Shown here piece by piece: positions 12,931 to 26,440 of a stretch of 64,000 bases of DNA. Origin of the DNA: Haliotis cracherodii (taxonomy: Eukaryota); contig NW_027266275.1 in the NCBI RefSeq assembly GCF_022045235.1, positions 19,902,001-19,966,000 of the forward strand, written 5' to 3'. The position numbers were made by a program, and so were the translations under genes. The number at the start of each line of letters is the position of its first letter. The stretch's first letter is position 1. The notes beneath the pieces were generated by a model, which worked only from the letters and a program-made list of their open reading frames with translations, was not told the origin of the DNA and did not search any database.

Positions 12931-13771
12931 ATTGACTTGCCTTTGTGACGAGTGCAGGAAACGCCCACCTATTCGCAAACACCTGCTATCTTCCCTATTT
13001 GACAGTGATTTATAAACACATGCTCGTGATATAGTTCGAATCGTACAAAGATTTCGTACAAAATTTCGAATGATTATGTTAAAGGTTCCTTTCGCTGGAA
13101 CTTCCATCAGTGTGTGGTGACAGACTTATCAACGTTATGTGTACACCAGCATATGTCATTTCTTTCCAGAAACGTATGCATTATTAGTCGATTTAAAATG
13201 AAGTATTTTAAGGATACCTTTCATTCAATATAACAAAATATATCATAAAGTTTAAATACACTTCTACAATATCTGTACAAAATTATTGTGAAAAATAAAC
13301 GACTTTAAAACAGTTTACATATGGCGCATAATTCGTGTATCAATGAGTTCAAAAACATTTCAATGGGTGGTTGTTGTTTAATTCCACAATCTGATGTATT
13401 AGACCTACACCACTGTACGAAATCGAGGCTGGACAAGATGAACCAGTGGGTGATATCATGACCAACGCTAACAGAATGACACACACTTATCGAAATCGTA
13501 ACAAGGTGACAGATTGATCCTCGTGTTAGCGGGCTCCTGCCACAAGCTTGAGGGTTTGGCCAGGGTACATGATGATGGATACGTGTGGACAGCTAGGACA
13601 TATTTAGGCATATTCTGACCACTCTGATTAAGGAGTTGTGGGATGACGTTATGTTTATGTACACCTCATGGGATGAAGCTAACGTGGTACTAACAGAAAC
13701 TTACATTGACTCATTATCAAACGTTCATATATTTATTGTTTCAGTTTTTACTATCAGACTGTTTCATCAGT

Positions 13772-16700
13772 TTAGAAGAGGTTCACGACGGCACCTCCAG
13801 GGTAGTACTGTGGGTATCCGCTAAAGTGGCATGTGCCATTGTAAAGGATCTTGAAATCTGGCACTGAAACAAATGCATGGTGAAAAATAGTAACCAAAAA
13901 ACAAAGAATTCACATTCGTGCTTTCAAATTTGCAAATCATTGTTCACATGAATCTGTAATACATATAACTATATCACTGTCGGTAATCCCTACATATTTC
14001 TAAATTTCTATATAATACATGTGTCTTCTGACTGCTCCTTTGGTAAGAATGTGACACTGGTGCCCCCGGTGCCCCCGTTGTTAAAGACACGGCACGTAGT
14101 TGTGTGGGAATTAATTATTCTCAGACTCCTTTGATCGTATGCTCAAATGTGACCTTTACCTTGGTTTGCGAGTTCAATGCTTGGATTACATAAACGTCTT
14201 CGTCCTTTTTGAGAATAGATTTTCCTCCTACCTAAAGCCGACATGGCGTGATAGGAATTGAACATACAAACTTGCTCGTTCGTCGTACTTAGAAAACTTT
14301 AACGCTGTGCTATTTAGTAGCAACGATAAGATTCCTTATGAAACAAAATATGAAACTTGAGCGAACCCAACCTAGTATTCTAATGACGTAACGTTATAAA
14401 TATATACACATGCACAAAAGTTAAGCGCCACCATATTCATAGTCTCTTGATTTCACGTGTGGGAATCAGAAATACGAAATATGATGATGTATGCCTGAAT
14501 TAGGCTTCCATAGTTTCATGAACCCAAATTTGTCCAGATACCACAAGGAAAGCGTGATTTACGTGTTGCTGCAGTTCCCCTACCCTATAAATAGTGAAAT
14601 TCAAGTTTCAGACACGTGGTTGCCTTTTGCTCCTGTATGAGATTCCCCTTCCAATAGAGGTTGAAAATCAGCCATGGTGAGGAGAAAGTTAACGAACGCT
14701 GAAAGATGGCAGGTGATAGGCATGAAAAATGCTGGCATGTCATACAGGGCCATTGAAAGACGAATGGGTCGTCATCACAGTGTTATCACTCGTTTGATTG
14801 TCAAATATGTTCAAACCAATGATGTCAATGACAGGCATAGGTCTGGTAGGCCAAGAAAGACCTCTAACAGAGAGGATAGACGTCTTTGCAGGATAGTCAG
14901 ACGAAATCCATTTGCCACTTCAACAGATTTAAGACTGGAGTGGATTACCCATCAGAGACTCTCGACGATGACCGTAAGGCGTCGCCTCAGAGCGGCTGGT
15001 TATAACGCCAGAAGACCAGTAAAACGTCCTCAACTGACTGAGGGGCACATGCGGAATCGTCGTGCCCGTAGTCGATGGAACTTGGCCAACTGGAGAAGGA
15101 TCCATTGGTCTGACGAGTGTCGAATGCTGCTACGAACTGTTGATGGTCGAATACGTGTTTGGAGGCAACGTAACACTCGTTTTGCACCAAGGAACATCCA
15201 GATGACCTTAGCATGTGGCGGGGGGTCTGTGATGAGATGGGGTTGTGTTTCCTTCGGCTGCAAACTTCGTGGAAACCTGAATGGCCAACACTACCAAGAT
15301 GCCGTTCTTCGTCCAGAGGTAGTCCCTAATTTTGACAACCGTCCTCTTCAGACAAAGACCTGTTTACATGTACGACAATGCTAGTCCACACAGATCTCGG
15401 GCAGTTTTGGTTTATTTGCGTCAAGAAGCTATTGTCACTCTTCCTTGGCCGGCCTGTAGTCCGGATCTTAATCCGAATGAGCATCTCTGGGACATTCTTG
15501 GCCGGAAAATCCCCCAGTGATCCCCCAGTTCAAAATCTTGCTGGACTTGAAGCCGAACTTCATGAAGAATGGATTCGTTTGCCTCAGAGAAGCATTCAAC
15601 GACTTGTAATGAGTTTGAGGCTTAGGGTTGAAGCTGTCAATGTCCGTGGATCATACACACGTTACTGGCGTTTCTGTCTTGCAATAGACTCTGCACTCCC
15701 TAGGGTGTCTATGTGACACCTGATATGGTCTGCTGATATCATGACAGTTACATGACAAAAAAATTCTGGTCTTCGGTAAAATTCCTTTCTGCTCATATTC
15801 TTTTGGAACACAAGATAAACTTGCTATGGGACAACTTTTGCATCACATGAGGTTTACGTATACGGCTTATAACAATCGTATATCTCGTTATAATAGTCAT
15901 CATTAAGTGCCAAAAGTAACAGCTCACAAATATGGTGGGTGGCGCTTAACTTTTGTGCATGTGTATATAATGTCATGAAAACGGGATATGGTTTTGTGAA
16001 CATTGGCACAGCCGTATGACGTCACAGTGTTCCAGCTGTCGAATCAGCCTTTGAAATCGCAAATATCCACATGTCTTATCAGTCTTACCAGTGGAAGCGT
16101 TGCATCAGACGTACCTTTAAGGGAAGGGTTGATCTTGACTTTCTCAATGAATGAGTCGATGTATCTGCACAGTTCGCATTCACCCCTGAAGGTTCCATGG
16201 TTAGTACAAATTGACATTTGGCTCAGGGGACAGAATGTCTGGATGCTGCCACCGAGAGGTCCCTCCATGGCGATGTCAGATGTGTTTACCGCAAATTTTT
16301 CACAGTTAGCCTGGAATAGGTATATGAGCATTGTGTCACTCTCTGCTCAAAGCTGCTCACAAATTGACTCGTTCACTCATTTTTTCCCATTTTCGCGTAC
16401 ACGGAGAAGGAGAAATATAAATAACTTGCAAGTAAGTGTATGAATGATAGGAGGCTAGTTTGTAAACCATTTGTACATGTCTGATAATATTTATACCATT
16501 ATCAAAAGGACTTTTTGTATCTTTTTATATTAGGTCATTTCCAAATGGCCAGAAAGGGCCCTCATCCTACCTCGTCCTTTATAGGTTTGGCACCTTTCTG
16601 ATACTCATTCAGTTGCGCTGACTACTAAAGTCTGCACCCTGCATCCACTGTCCTATTTGGACATGTAAAAATACAACTTGAAATCCGTCATATGCATTAC

Positions 16701-19700
16701 AGTTTTTCCTGATCTGTACCATGCGAATTTGGAATTAATGAATGCATTCAAATGAATAAACGCGACAAAACCCCTTCCATATTCACAAGAAATATCTCAC
16801 AAAAGCAGATTCAATTGCACGATTTTGACTATATGATGAACATGATTTTATGAATCACCATCAAACAGTGATGATACCAGCATGTTGGAAGACTTACTTC
16901 CACAGGCGTGGGGCAGGAAGTGGTGTACGACACAATTGAGAGCCGGGTGCCGTTCTTGGAAGCAGCACACTGGGCCAGGGTGAAGCGACAGTTATTTTCT
17001 GTTGTAAGACAAATCATTTGGTTATTCATTCGGCATCGTCTTTGAAAACAGGTGTGTGGTTTTGTCCACATCTACATACAACATTATTAATTTGACATCG
17101 TATTTGAATACATATGTGTATTTCAGTCTGTGCTTTGTACAGATACAAAATCTCTGTTCAGCAGTGAACGTTTAGCTGGTAATATTTCATCTTTATTGAA
17201 ACATATTACACTATCAAGACTACCTTACGAATGGGTTTTGAGGTCACAGGAATGTATTAACCTCCCCGAGCGACAACTTGTTGTACTCAAGTCTTTAACG
17301 AATTGTATGTATTCGCATATGCAGGTGGTGACTTCGGAACCCATTTCTATTAGAAGAGAAATATTTCAGGGCGATTCTTTTAGCCCCATTGCTTTTCTGT
17401 TTGTCACAAAATCCTTTAAGTTTTTTGCTCAGCAAAGAGGAAGATTATCATCCGGGACCTCCTCAGCACAGATCCCAAACACCCCTTACTCACCTCCTTT
17501 ACATGGATGACCTTGAACTTATTGTCAATGGAGAATCTACACTAAAACAAGAGATTCTGCTGATCGCGTCCTTTTCTAATGATATCGGCATGTCCTTTGG
17601 ACTCGACAAATGCAACAGTCTTCATTTGAAACGTGGCAAGGTAGAAGAGGGGGATCAGTCAGTTTGGGGGAGGAGTTATTGACCATCTTGTGGAAGGTCA
17701 GGCCTATACGTACTTAGGGATGCAGATTAGGGGGAAACTCCAGAATGCCTATATCAAGGACAACCTTCGGGCGGAGTACACATGTAGACTTAAGAAAATC
17801 AGAGCACTCGCAATAAAGTCAAAGCCACACATACTTATGCTGTACCCGTCCTTTCGATTTCTTTTGGTGTTGATTGGACGAAACAAGAAATTCAGGGTAT
17901 TGACACCCTCACACGAAGAACCATGGCAGACAATAGATCACACCACCCTTGCTCTTCCCTCAATCGCTTATATTTACCAATTATGATGGGAGGGCGGGGT
18001 TTGATTAACGTGGAGGCTCTTCATGATGGAATTGTTTTGTGCACTTTTGCACACATTTATTTGTCTGATGATCCTCTTGTGAAGCATGTAAAGCCTCACG
18101 ATGAAAACAAGGCATTCCACAGTTTTCTAAAGTGAGCCAATGATGTGGTACATAATCTCGTCGGTGTTGATTTTGTTGATGGTTCTGTACTGCTGGACGG
18201 TACAGAAGTGAGTGACAACCAAGCGAAGTGCCATATCAAGTCGACACAGACTTTTAAAGGAGAGGCTTTCTGAACGACCACTGCATCGAATTTATGTGCA
18301 GTGTGTTGAGAAGATCAGCCATCCCCGAAGTCCTTCACTTGGATGAAGTCGTCTGGCCTGAAAGTGAAACAGAAGGCTTTCTGTTTAATGCTCAGGACCA
18401 GTCACTTCCCACTCGAAACCGCCAATATGTTGATTTTGCAACAAAATGTAAATTTGAAATGTGTATTATGTTATGAATGTAATGGGACTTTCCAACCCAT
18501 TGTCAGTGGATGCCCAGCTTTGGCACAAACACAGTATCTAAAGCGACATGATGGTGTAGCTCGATCATTTTATTACCGTCTTCGTCATTCTTGTGGTTTT
18601 GACACAGAGGTCCATCCATGGTACGACCCAGAATATGTAGAGGGCGTCATGGACAATGATAAATACAAAATTCTTTGGAATAGGCCCGTATACAGCCTCA
18701 GATGTATCCAGGCCAACAAACCTGATCTCGTCCTTGATCCGATAAAATCATTTATATTATTGAACTTTCTGTCCCTTTTGACACTAATGTGATTGACAAG
18801 ATTGAGGGAAAGCATGGCAAATATGCAGACCTCGATTTCACGCTTGCATCCAAAGTACCAAGTTGTCCGACTCCCAATTGTTCTGGGTAGCTTAGGTTTG
18901 GTATCTCCCAATCTGTTGACTGACATTGGGAGAGTACCCGGGTTTGCTGCCAAGGAATACAGCCCTTCTGACAGTCTGGGTAATGCAGAAGGCTGAAGTA
19001 TTGGGGAGTCTTCACATTCTCCGAAAAGTTCTGGGTGGGTTTGACTAGGAAGGGCTTCCTTGGAGAAGTCCCATTTGCTGGGGCCCTAAGATGATGATGA
19101 GCCTACCAGCCTGAAAGTGCCAGGATCACCCAAACCCTCTTTGCTGTATTTTTTTATTATTTTAATCTGTACATGAGAAGAAGAAGAAGAAGGCAGGCAG
19201 GCAACCCCGATTACAGATATCTACACACATCTTCGTAATTATTTGATATTGGTTCACCGAACGATTCCACTTGGATGTTGTCCGAATAACGAGGTTACAC
19301 TGTATACATATAAATATGTTGAACCTATATTTAATTATTAATATCCATTATAATTGACGCCAGCATATTTATTGCCTTGTGAACGAAACACGATATCACG
19401 ACACACTAGTTATGCCATGATCAGTGTGTGCCTATTGCATTAGCTACAAATCTCTCACTGAATTGACAAACCACTGCCAGACACGCAGTATACCCCCGTG
19501 AAGATCCGGGTGAGAATTGGTATTCGGCAACCCATGCTTGTTGATGCATGTTATATTATCCCAATTGCGTAAATCGATGCTCATGATGTCAATCACTGGA
19601 TTATCTTGTCTGTGCTCGATTATTTACAGTCCGGCGTCATATAGCTGGAATGTTGCTAAGTGCGACCTTAAACAACAAACGATCAACCAAACTCCAGCTG

Positions 19701-22700
19701 CAAATCTCTCACCGTACACAACGCCGTCAGACGCGCAGACAGGGGATTTTTCCTCGTCGCAGATCTGGTCACAAGTGGAGGCGTGATAGCCGCCGAGGAT
19801 GTTGCCACAAGGTCCCCTATAAGAGAGCCGGATGGGTGTGTGGCCTGATTGCTGGTTCCTGCAGTTGGCGGTGTAGAGGTCACAGGAACTTCCTGAATAT
19901 CACAAATAAGGTATTTGAGTTCCATACCGTATTTACCAAAATCTAAGTCATAGACACATTAGGGAGTAAGCATTGTATGAATTCAAATTTGCGGGTGTTA
20001 TTTAGTATTTGATGGCAACAAATGTCATTTGTACCCGCAGATGTTCAAATACACACGCTTATCTGAAACCAGGTAATGTTTATCAACATTTTGCATATTG
20101 AGCATACAGGATCTACAACAAGTCAACAGTCATGCTCTTATGGTATCTATGCCGTTTACGTCTTGATTAGGGGCGGTCGGGTAGCCTAGTGGTTAAAGCG
20201 TTCGTTCCTCATGCCGAAGACCCGGGTTCGATTCTCGACATGGGTACAATGTGTGAAGCCCATTTCTGGTGTCCCCCACTGTGATATTGCTGGCATATTG
20301 CTAAAAGCTGCGTAAAACCAAACTCACTCTCTTCTTGGTTGGTCTATAAAACTAATACGACTAGTAGTCCAAATATATAATAGTTCAATTGCAAAAATAG
20401 TTAAACCTATATTTGGTTTTGTCACATAATGTGTATTATACATGTGTAATATATTGCTTTTGTGGAAAAATGAAATAAAGCTTCTGGGTTTTTTTTAGAA
20501 ATATAATTTTACAATCTAGTTACGAACGTGAACAAATGCGGCGAATCCCCTTCCATAATAATGATAAGAAACCTATGCTAATTGTACGATCAGCATGTAT
20601 TTGTGCATCACTAACAAATAGTGATGATAATAGGTGTTCGCAAACAGTTCATCGTATCCAGCCCACTGGTGGCACATGTCACAAACACACCCATGACACG
20701 TCAACCGCAAAAACAAAGCTGGACCACATGGTTCAAGTCAAAATAAGGAATTGCATCGGACCACATGTTGGTAAATAATCGTATTTGGAAATGTGTTGCA
20801 CATGTCTTCTATAAACACTTTCGAAAGACTGAGGACTTGAATGCTGTAACCCTGATCAAACACCCTTTGAAGCATTTGAGACTCTTTGAAATCTTCGTAG
20901 CAATTGCAAATTTTGATAAAGTAATACTTACCGTAAGTTTGTCCGTCCGATCCACACACAGGCGAGTATGCTGATTGACAGTTCATGTTGCAAGACGAAG
21001 GGGCGCCAAGTGCCACTAAAATTCAAAAGTCAACGCCAGAGAGAATCAGTCTTGGGTATCTGCCGAAACAGATTTCATTGGGTGTATATGCCAAAATTGT
21101 GATGAAGCTTATATGAATGGGTCACTGAAAGTAAGTGATGACACCGGGTACGAAAATGTAGTACATGACCAACACACAAAGATAGGAATTGTTTAGACTT
21201 AGAGCCGAGAATCCAAATACCAGGTATTATTATGAAGGAAATAAATTTGTTGAGGAGGCTAGGGAGGAGAATGAATAGATAGAGCACAACCGAACCCCTC
21301 GTGACCCCTCGTTGAACATCAAAGACGATCTACAACTGGATCACGACGAGTGACCATATCCAACTGCCGCCGTCCGGCAAGGGACATACCAGATAGGATT
21401 GGGGCCAGGGTCATGATAGAGACAGCACCAGAGATTGTATGACACTTTATGCTATAGAAACAAACACTTGTCATCCCCCACCATTGAAGACCAGTCTGAC
21501 GCAGAGCTTACAGTACCAGATACATGTAGATCCGCTCGATATGATACAAACAAAAATGTTGCCGATGATATTCTTGATTCTCCAATAACGAGAGATGAGA
21601 TTTTAGACAGCATATACTGTATAATCTTAAAAGTAACATGGCAGCTGGTATAGATGATACTATTCCTGAATTCTTTAAACATTTTTTCAGATTTACGACT
21701 TACATACATGTACTTAGAACTAATATTTAATTTGATATTAGAATATTGGCATTTTCAAAATTCATGGTCGATTGGTATTATCGTCCCAATCCATAAACAA
21801 GGTGATATAAATAACGTAAATAATTACAGAGGTATTACCCTTTTAAGCATATTCAGTAACATATTTACATCTATCATTAACAAGAGATTAACAAGATGGA
21901 TAAAATAAGTGAATCCTAGGCTGGATTTAGAGAAGGTTATACAACTATTGATAATATGTTGTTCACATGATCTATTTATTGTAACTGGACGTTTCAGGGT
22001 ATTGAAAGGTTTTTTTAAAAAAGGCATTTGTCAATTGTGCGCCCTGAATGACATTGAAGATGAATAACACTTCCTTTTTATATGCCGATTTTATGCAACA
22101 TTAAGGGCTAAGTATATACCTGAATATCATTATGTCAATCCCAATTTCTTTAAATTCACATCTCTGTTAAACAACTCTAAGTCCTTACTTTTACACAATG
22201 TATCTATGTACATATAACATGCAATGAGACACAGGAAAAATATTATATTAAAGACTCTACTGCTCTGAATGGACAAATTATAAATGTACTATAAGCCTGT
22301 AGCCTCCTAAAAAAAATTCGATGTATGTAAATGCTATGTTTTAATGGGACAGTGGAACTAATCGTTGATTGCAATCAAAAGAAGCGATCGTAAGTCTATG
22401 TTAAACAATGGATGTTACGACTACGGATGTCTCAAACCTGCAATCTCTTTGTGGGGAAGCTTAAAAGACATGAATAAACTGTTCAGATCAATCTTAAAGG
22501 AATTAATATAACTGCACCTTAACAGTATATCAGTGATAGAAACAAATGAACAAAAACACATAAGATTCTGCTGAAACTTCTCAACCTTATTTCAGGGTGG
22601 GTGAGTTCAGTCAGGTGTAGGAAAGACTATACAGTACACTACGGTTAAAACGAACTCAAAGGGACCACTAATTCTAGTTCGTTATAACCGTAGTTCGTTA

Positions 22701-23278
22701 TAAGCATATATACAGCATATATAAATCAAATGGCCGGGACTAAAAAATATGTTCGTTATATCGGTCAGTTCGTTATAAGCGTGTTCGTTATAACAGTGGT
22801 TTACTGTATATACATCATATTGATTTTTTCATATCCACATGAAAGCTTAAGACATGCGTATATATGTTCCAGAAACCAAGGACTGTGACCGGAAAATAAG
22901 GTTAAAACACCAATTTAAAAAGTTCCAATGTTCCGTAATATGAACGTATATATGTATGATGTACCATTTAGTTTCAAGATGCTACTCCTACAGTGCTGAA
23001 AGAATGTGTTTCAAAATATTTTGAGGCAGAAAACACGACAGAAAGTGACAAAGGTCATAGTATATTACACTGAAAGGGACAACAGGGAGTTCTAAATTCA
23101 ATTTACCACAGTCCAAAAATCACCGTAGGATTAAATACCATCCGTAAAATTTAAAAGGTGAGAACCTTTGTAGATCCCCTTTGGTCCTTGTACAACAAAA
23201 CTACGTTCGGCCTCCTGACTGATCTAACAACCACGGATACATACCAGCAACAAACGAGAGACAAACAAGAGCCAACAT
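13772..23278 (-). CDS. Secreted three-domain Kazal-type protein, copy B (228 aa, 6 coding exons)
   Basis: Exons 23278-23245, 21015-20932, 19892-19713, 16998-16898, 16310-16115, 13863-13772; same phases as copy A; 687 nt open. Protein: MLALVCLSFVAVALGAPSSCNMNCQSAYSPVCGSDGQTYGSSCDLYTANCRNQQSGHTPIRLSYRGPCGNILGGYHASTCDQICDEEKSPVCASDGVVYENNCRFTLAQCAASKNGTRLSIVSYTTSCPTPVEANCEKFAVNTSDIAMEGPLGGSIQTFCPLSQMSICTNHGTFRGECELCRYIDSFIEKVKINPSLKVPDFKILYNGTCHFSGYPQYYPGGAVVNLF*. Confidence 0.92.
14407..15963 (+). mobile_element. Full-length Tc1-type (DD34E) transposon with frameshifted transposase, in intron 5 of Kazal B
   Basis: Perfect 26-bp TIRs CACATGCACAAAAGTTAAGCGCCACC (14407-14432 and 15938-15963), TA on both sides. 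ORFs 14674-15384, 15332-15520 and 15378-15716 give HTH + SGRPRK, WSDE, YDNASPH, SPDLNPNEHLW, with 34 residues between D and E. Empty site in copy A near 2288-2294. Confidence 0.96.
17221..19150 (+). mobile_element. Longer orthologous copy of the RLE-type LINE, intron 3 of Kazal B
   Basis: IFQGDSFSP, HLLYMDDL, IGMSFGLDKC (RT motifs), GGRGLINV, CCHC finger, YLKRHD, NKPDL; frameshifted. Confidence 0.88.
20170..20331 (+). mobile_element. tRNA-derived SINE family 1
   Basis: A box TAGCCTAGTGG, B box GGTTCGATTC, (ACTC)n tail. Confidence 0.9.
21430..22260 (+). mobile_element. Internally deleted LINE fragment (RTE/RTEX-like) within a B-specific insertion in intron 1
   Basis: WSIGIIVPIHKQGDINNVNNYRGITLLSIFS, AGFR, and a C-terminal CQLC...IEDE*HFLFIC motif; absent from copy A (compare about 6730). 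Confidence 0.75.
22632..22806. mobile_element. Tc1/mariner/pogo-type MITE, B-specific
   Basis: TA-CAGTA...TACTG-TA ends, internal GTTCGTTATA repeats; empty site in copy A at about 7088-7095. Confidence 0.85.
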
Positions 23279-23978
23279 ATTTGTTGTCCACGAGACAGAG
23301 AACTGACCTGTACGTACTTTTTTCTAGTTTTGCCTTTCTAGGCGACCTAGATTTTATCATATGATAAAAGCACATGCGTTAAATGCAGACTTAACTTGGC
23401 GAAGTGCCATTGCTAGCAATTTTGCTTCACGTCCCATATGATCTGCCTGTTCAAACTTTATGATGGATAACAATTTACTAGTTAATGATAACTCTAGTTA
23501 TACAGGGACAATGTCTGCCCTGTGTATACTGCTGCGCGGAGTCAGGCAACGACCACAAACTTTTATGCAAATTGTGAGTGGCGGGTGCCTGGTACCCTAT
23601 TCCTCTATTCGCATAAACCTGGTGTCATCACTGAATTTCAGTGATCCATTCACATAATTTTCACCACTATCACATCTTTTACGCCCAATGGAATCTATTT
23701 CGGCGGATAATCGAGACTGGGTATTCTAGGTCGTTGACGTTTCAGATGCAATTCATGGAGTATCGTCTCCCTTTGAGGTCCATGTGTATGACAACCTTGC
23801 TCTGAAGTAGATATATCTCCTGGGGCTCTTCTACACACATGTCCTCGGGGGTATGCTGTAATATGATGCTTGGCATACATGTGTTCTCTATAATCTTTGG
23901 CAGGGTTCAAAGAGGTAATCAGTGTTACTAAAACGCTTCTTAAGATGTACACACGTGACTAAATGTGTCTAAAGTGTA

Positions 23979-24327
23979 GGACCGCCTCCGTGGTCTAATG
24001 GTAGAGCGTCCGCCCGGAGAGCGGTAGGTCCGGGGTTTGATCCCCGGCCGCGTCATACCAAAAGACGTTAAAAGATGGTACTTGTTGTTACCCTGTCTGG
24101 AGCTCGGCATTAAGGGGCTAAAACAAGGACTGGTCGACTTGGAGTCAGTATACTGTGTCTGAGTGGGGTATTCATGTTAAGCTGCGGCATGGTATCTCAG
24201 TGAGCTAGCACTATAAATCGGCATCAGTCCGGAGTAGTACAAGCAGCCACACAAACACACACACGTACATGCACGTCACTATATAAGTAAAATAATCTTG
24301 GACGCGACGTTAAACCCCATTTCACCT
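23979..24327 (+). mobile_element. tRNA-derived SINE family 3. Further copies at about 48205-48565 (minus) and a partial copy at 29361-29682 spanning the gap
   Basis: Near-identical to 41639-41988. Confidence 0.9.
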
Positions 24328-25244
24328 CTAAAAAGTATACTTTGTCCAACATAGGCGTTCTCGAAATCATAGAAATCGATACACCCGTGCCTACAGTGTG
24401 AAGCAAGCGTATAGTCAGGAGTAAATAATGTGGAACAAACGTGCCTTCAGGGGTACATAATGTGACACACACATGTTCTCGGAGGTATATCATAATATCA
24501 CATGTTTTTGTTTGGTTTTTTAAAGCCGCACTCAGCAATATTCCAGTTTTATGACGGCCGTCAGTACATAATCGAGCCTGACCACCCGATCCCGTTATAC
24601 GCCTCCCACGACAAGCATCGCAGCCTCTGACGGCAAGCTTTCGGTTCCTGAAGACCTATTCTCTACCCGGATCTTCACGGATCTAATATCACATGTACGT
24701 CCGCAGAGTTTTACAATTACTTACACACCTGTAGGTTCACAAGAACCGTAAAACATCTCATTCACTTATCAAAGACAGCTTCATCTAAAAATCAAGCCAT
24801 CATCTGAGTACTTACAATGTCTGTTGACACCACAACCCTCGTTATAGCTGGGGTAATTCGTGAAAAACATGGCCGTCTGAAAACGTATGATGTCCGATAA
24901 CATATGCTACGACGATATATATGTCTCTCCTCTTCAACCCTCACTTCGAAGTCGACTTCGTCACGATATGGCTGAAATATTGGCGATGTGACGTAAAGCA
25001 TAAACTCACTCACTCGAAGTCGACTAAAATTCAAAATACCATACGCACACTAAAATTTTGATTCTGTTGGAAATACCCTCTTCTGCAATGCAAAATTACT
25101 TTGTGTTTAGATATCTAAATATCGGATATTTAGTCGAAGGATTGTATTTCAAATATAGCATATTAGTGATCACGGGAATCTGTTTTTCACCAAAACACCA
25201 ATGATAATTCTGAAACGTCGCCGATGAACCTAGAATCGGTTAGA

Positions 25245-25337
25245 ATGTTTCAGTTAGATCAGTGTTTCAGTAAGATCACAGTGTTTCAGTTTGATCAGTG
25301 TTTCAGTTAAGTCACAGTGTTTCAGTTCGATCACAGG
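25245..25337. repeat. Short tandem repeat, 17-19 bp unit CAGTGTTTCAGTTNGATCA
   Basis: About 5 units visible. Confidence 0.85.
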
Positions 25338-25821
25338 GTTTTTTTCATCTCATGGTGGTCGTCGACGTTTATCCCTGGTGCAACCTTCGAGCATGGGTGT
25401 GGTGATGTGACCAAGGAATATTATCAGGACGAATCTATGATCAAGTGGTTCATTGAATCACTGTTTTCAACATAATTTTTGTCACAGAGGCCATACCCTC
25501 GTAGATATTTTCGTTTGCCGGTAAAAATGTGTAGGTAAATTTTACAGCTATAACGTATTTATTTACCGAATTGGTTATTTATGGGGAGTATTGACGGTAG
25601 ATATTTAATAATCCGAAAAGTATGTCCACATAGATGGTGGAGAGAACAAGTAGGCTTTGCAACACACTTTTCACCATTAAACAAAAGATTTAAAATGGCT
25701 GACCTAGACGGCTCCAACAATAGATTTCTATCACCAGATTAACAACTGATTAACCATTGTTTTGACCTTACAGCTATGGGAAATATGCACCTGGAAATAA
25801 TGAAACAACGCTTACTATGTA

Positions 25822-26440
25822 TTCTCTTTAAAAAAGTAGGGCGTAATACCGCCACGATTTGTCAAACATTTATTCACTCGACGAGGCATACTGTGTATGG
25901 GCCTCCCAACAGCGATTTGAGGAAGTCTGTCCTACTCACCTACCAGCGTTGGGTCACATTCTGCCAACGTTGTCGACGACCTATGACGTTAACGCACACG
26001 TCATGTCCCAGACGTCACACCCGACACGATAACCGATCCAGCAACTTACATTGGTTTGGCGTTCTTTCTGTGCCGCCAGACAAGTCCACGCCTATCAAGA
26101 AAGTACAAAGTGAATCAGGACTCATCTGGAAATATGACTTCTGCAAGTTTCAGCATGCCAACAGCCCGTAGAAACCCCACGCGTTGCCGATGCCGCATCG
26201 CATGTTTATGCACAAACAACGAATGGAATCACAGGTGTATGATAAGCAGAATCAATAAGATAAATTGAAATAATGGTCCTCAGAGATTAACAGACCTTCC
26301 TTGAAAGTGTCAAAATCAGGAATGACACCCTACGCACGTGTTTTGCGCTGCTACATGAGACATGTGAAAACTATGTGAGTTGTGTTTTGTTCTCAGATTT
26401 TACAGACATGAACGCTCTTGCACATGTTTGTCGTCAACCA
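25822..26440 (-). mobile_element. More deleted orthologous copy of the 8831-9846 Tc1 element in unit B
   Basis: Same left end (CTCTTTAAAAAAGTAGG) at the equivalent position; alignable internal fragments with different deletions. Confidence 0.75.

Noticed and set aside
14674-15716. Active or domesticated transposase
   Set aside because: The coding region is split over three frames with small deletions; non-autonomous.
20170-20245. tRNA-like sequences here and at 23979, 29250, 31474, 41639, 61560, 63395 as tRNA genes
   Set aside because: They continue into shared SINE bodies with tails and TSDs, and the cloverleaves are imperfect.
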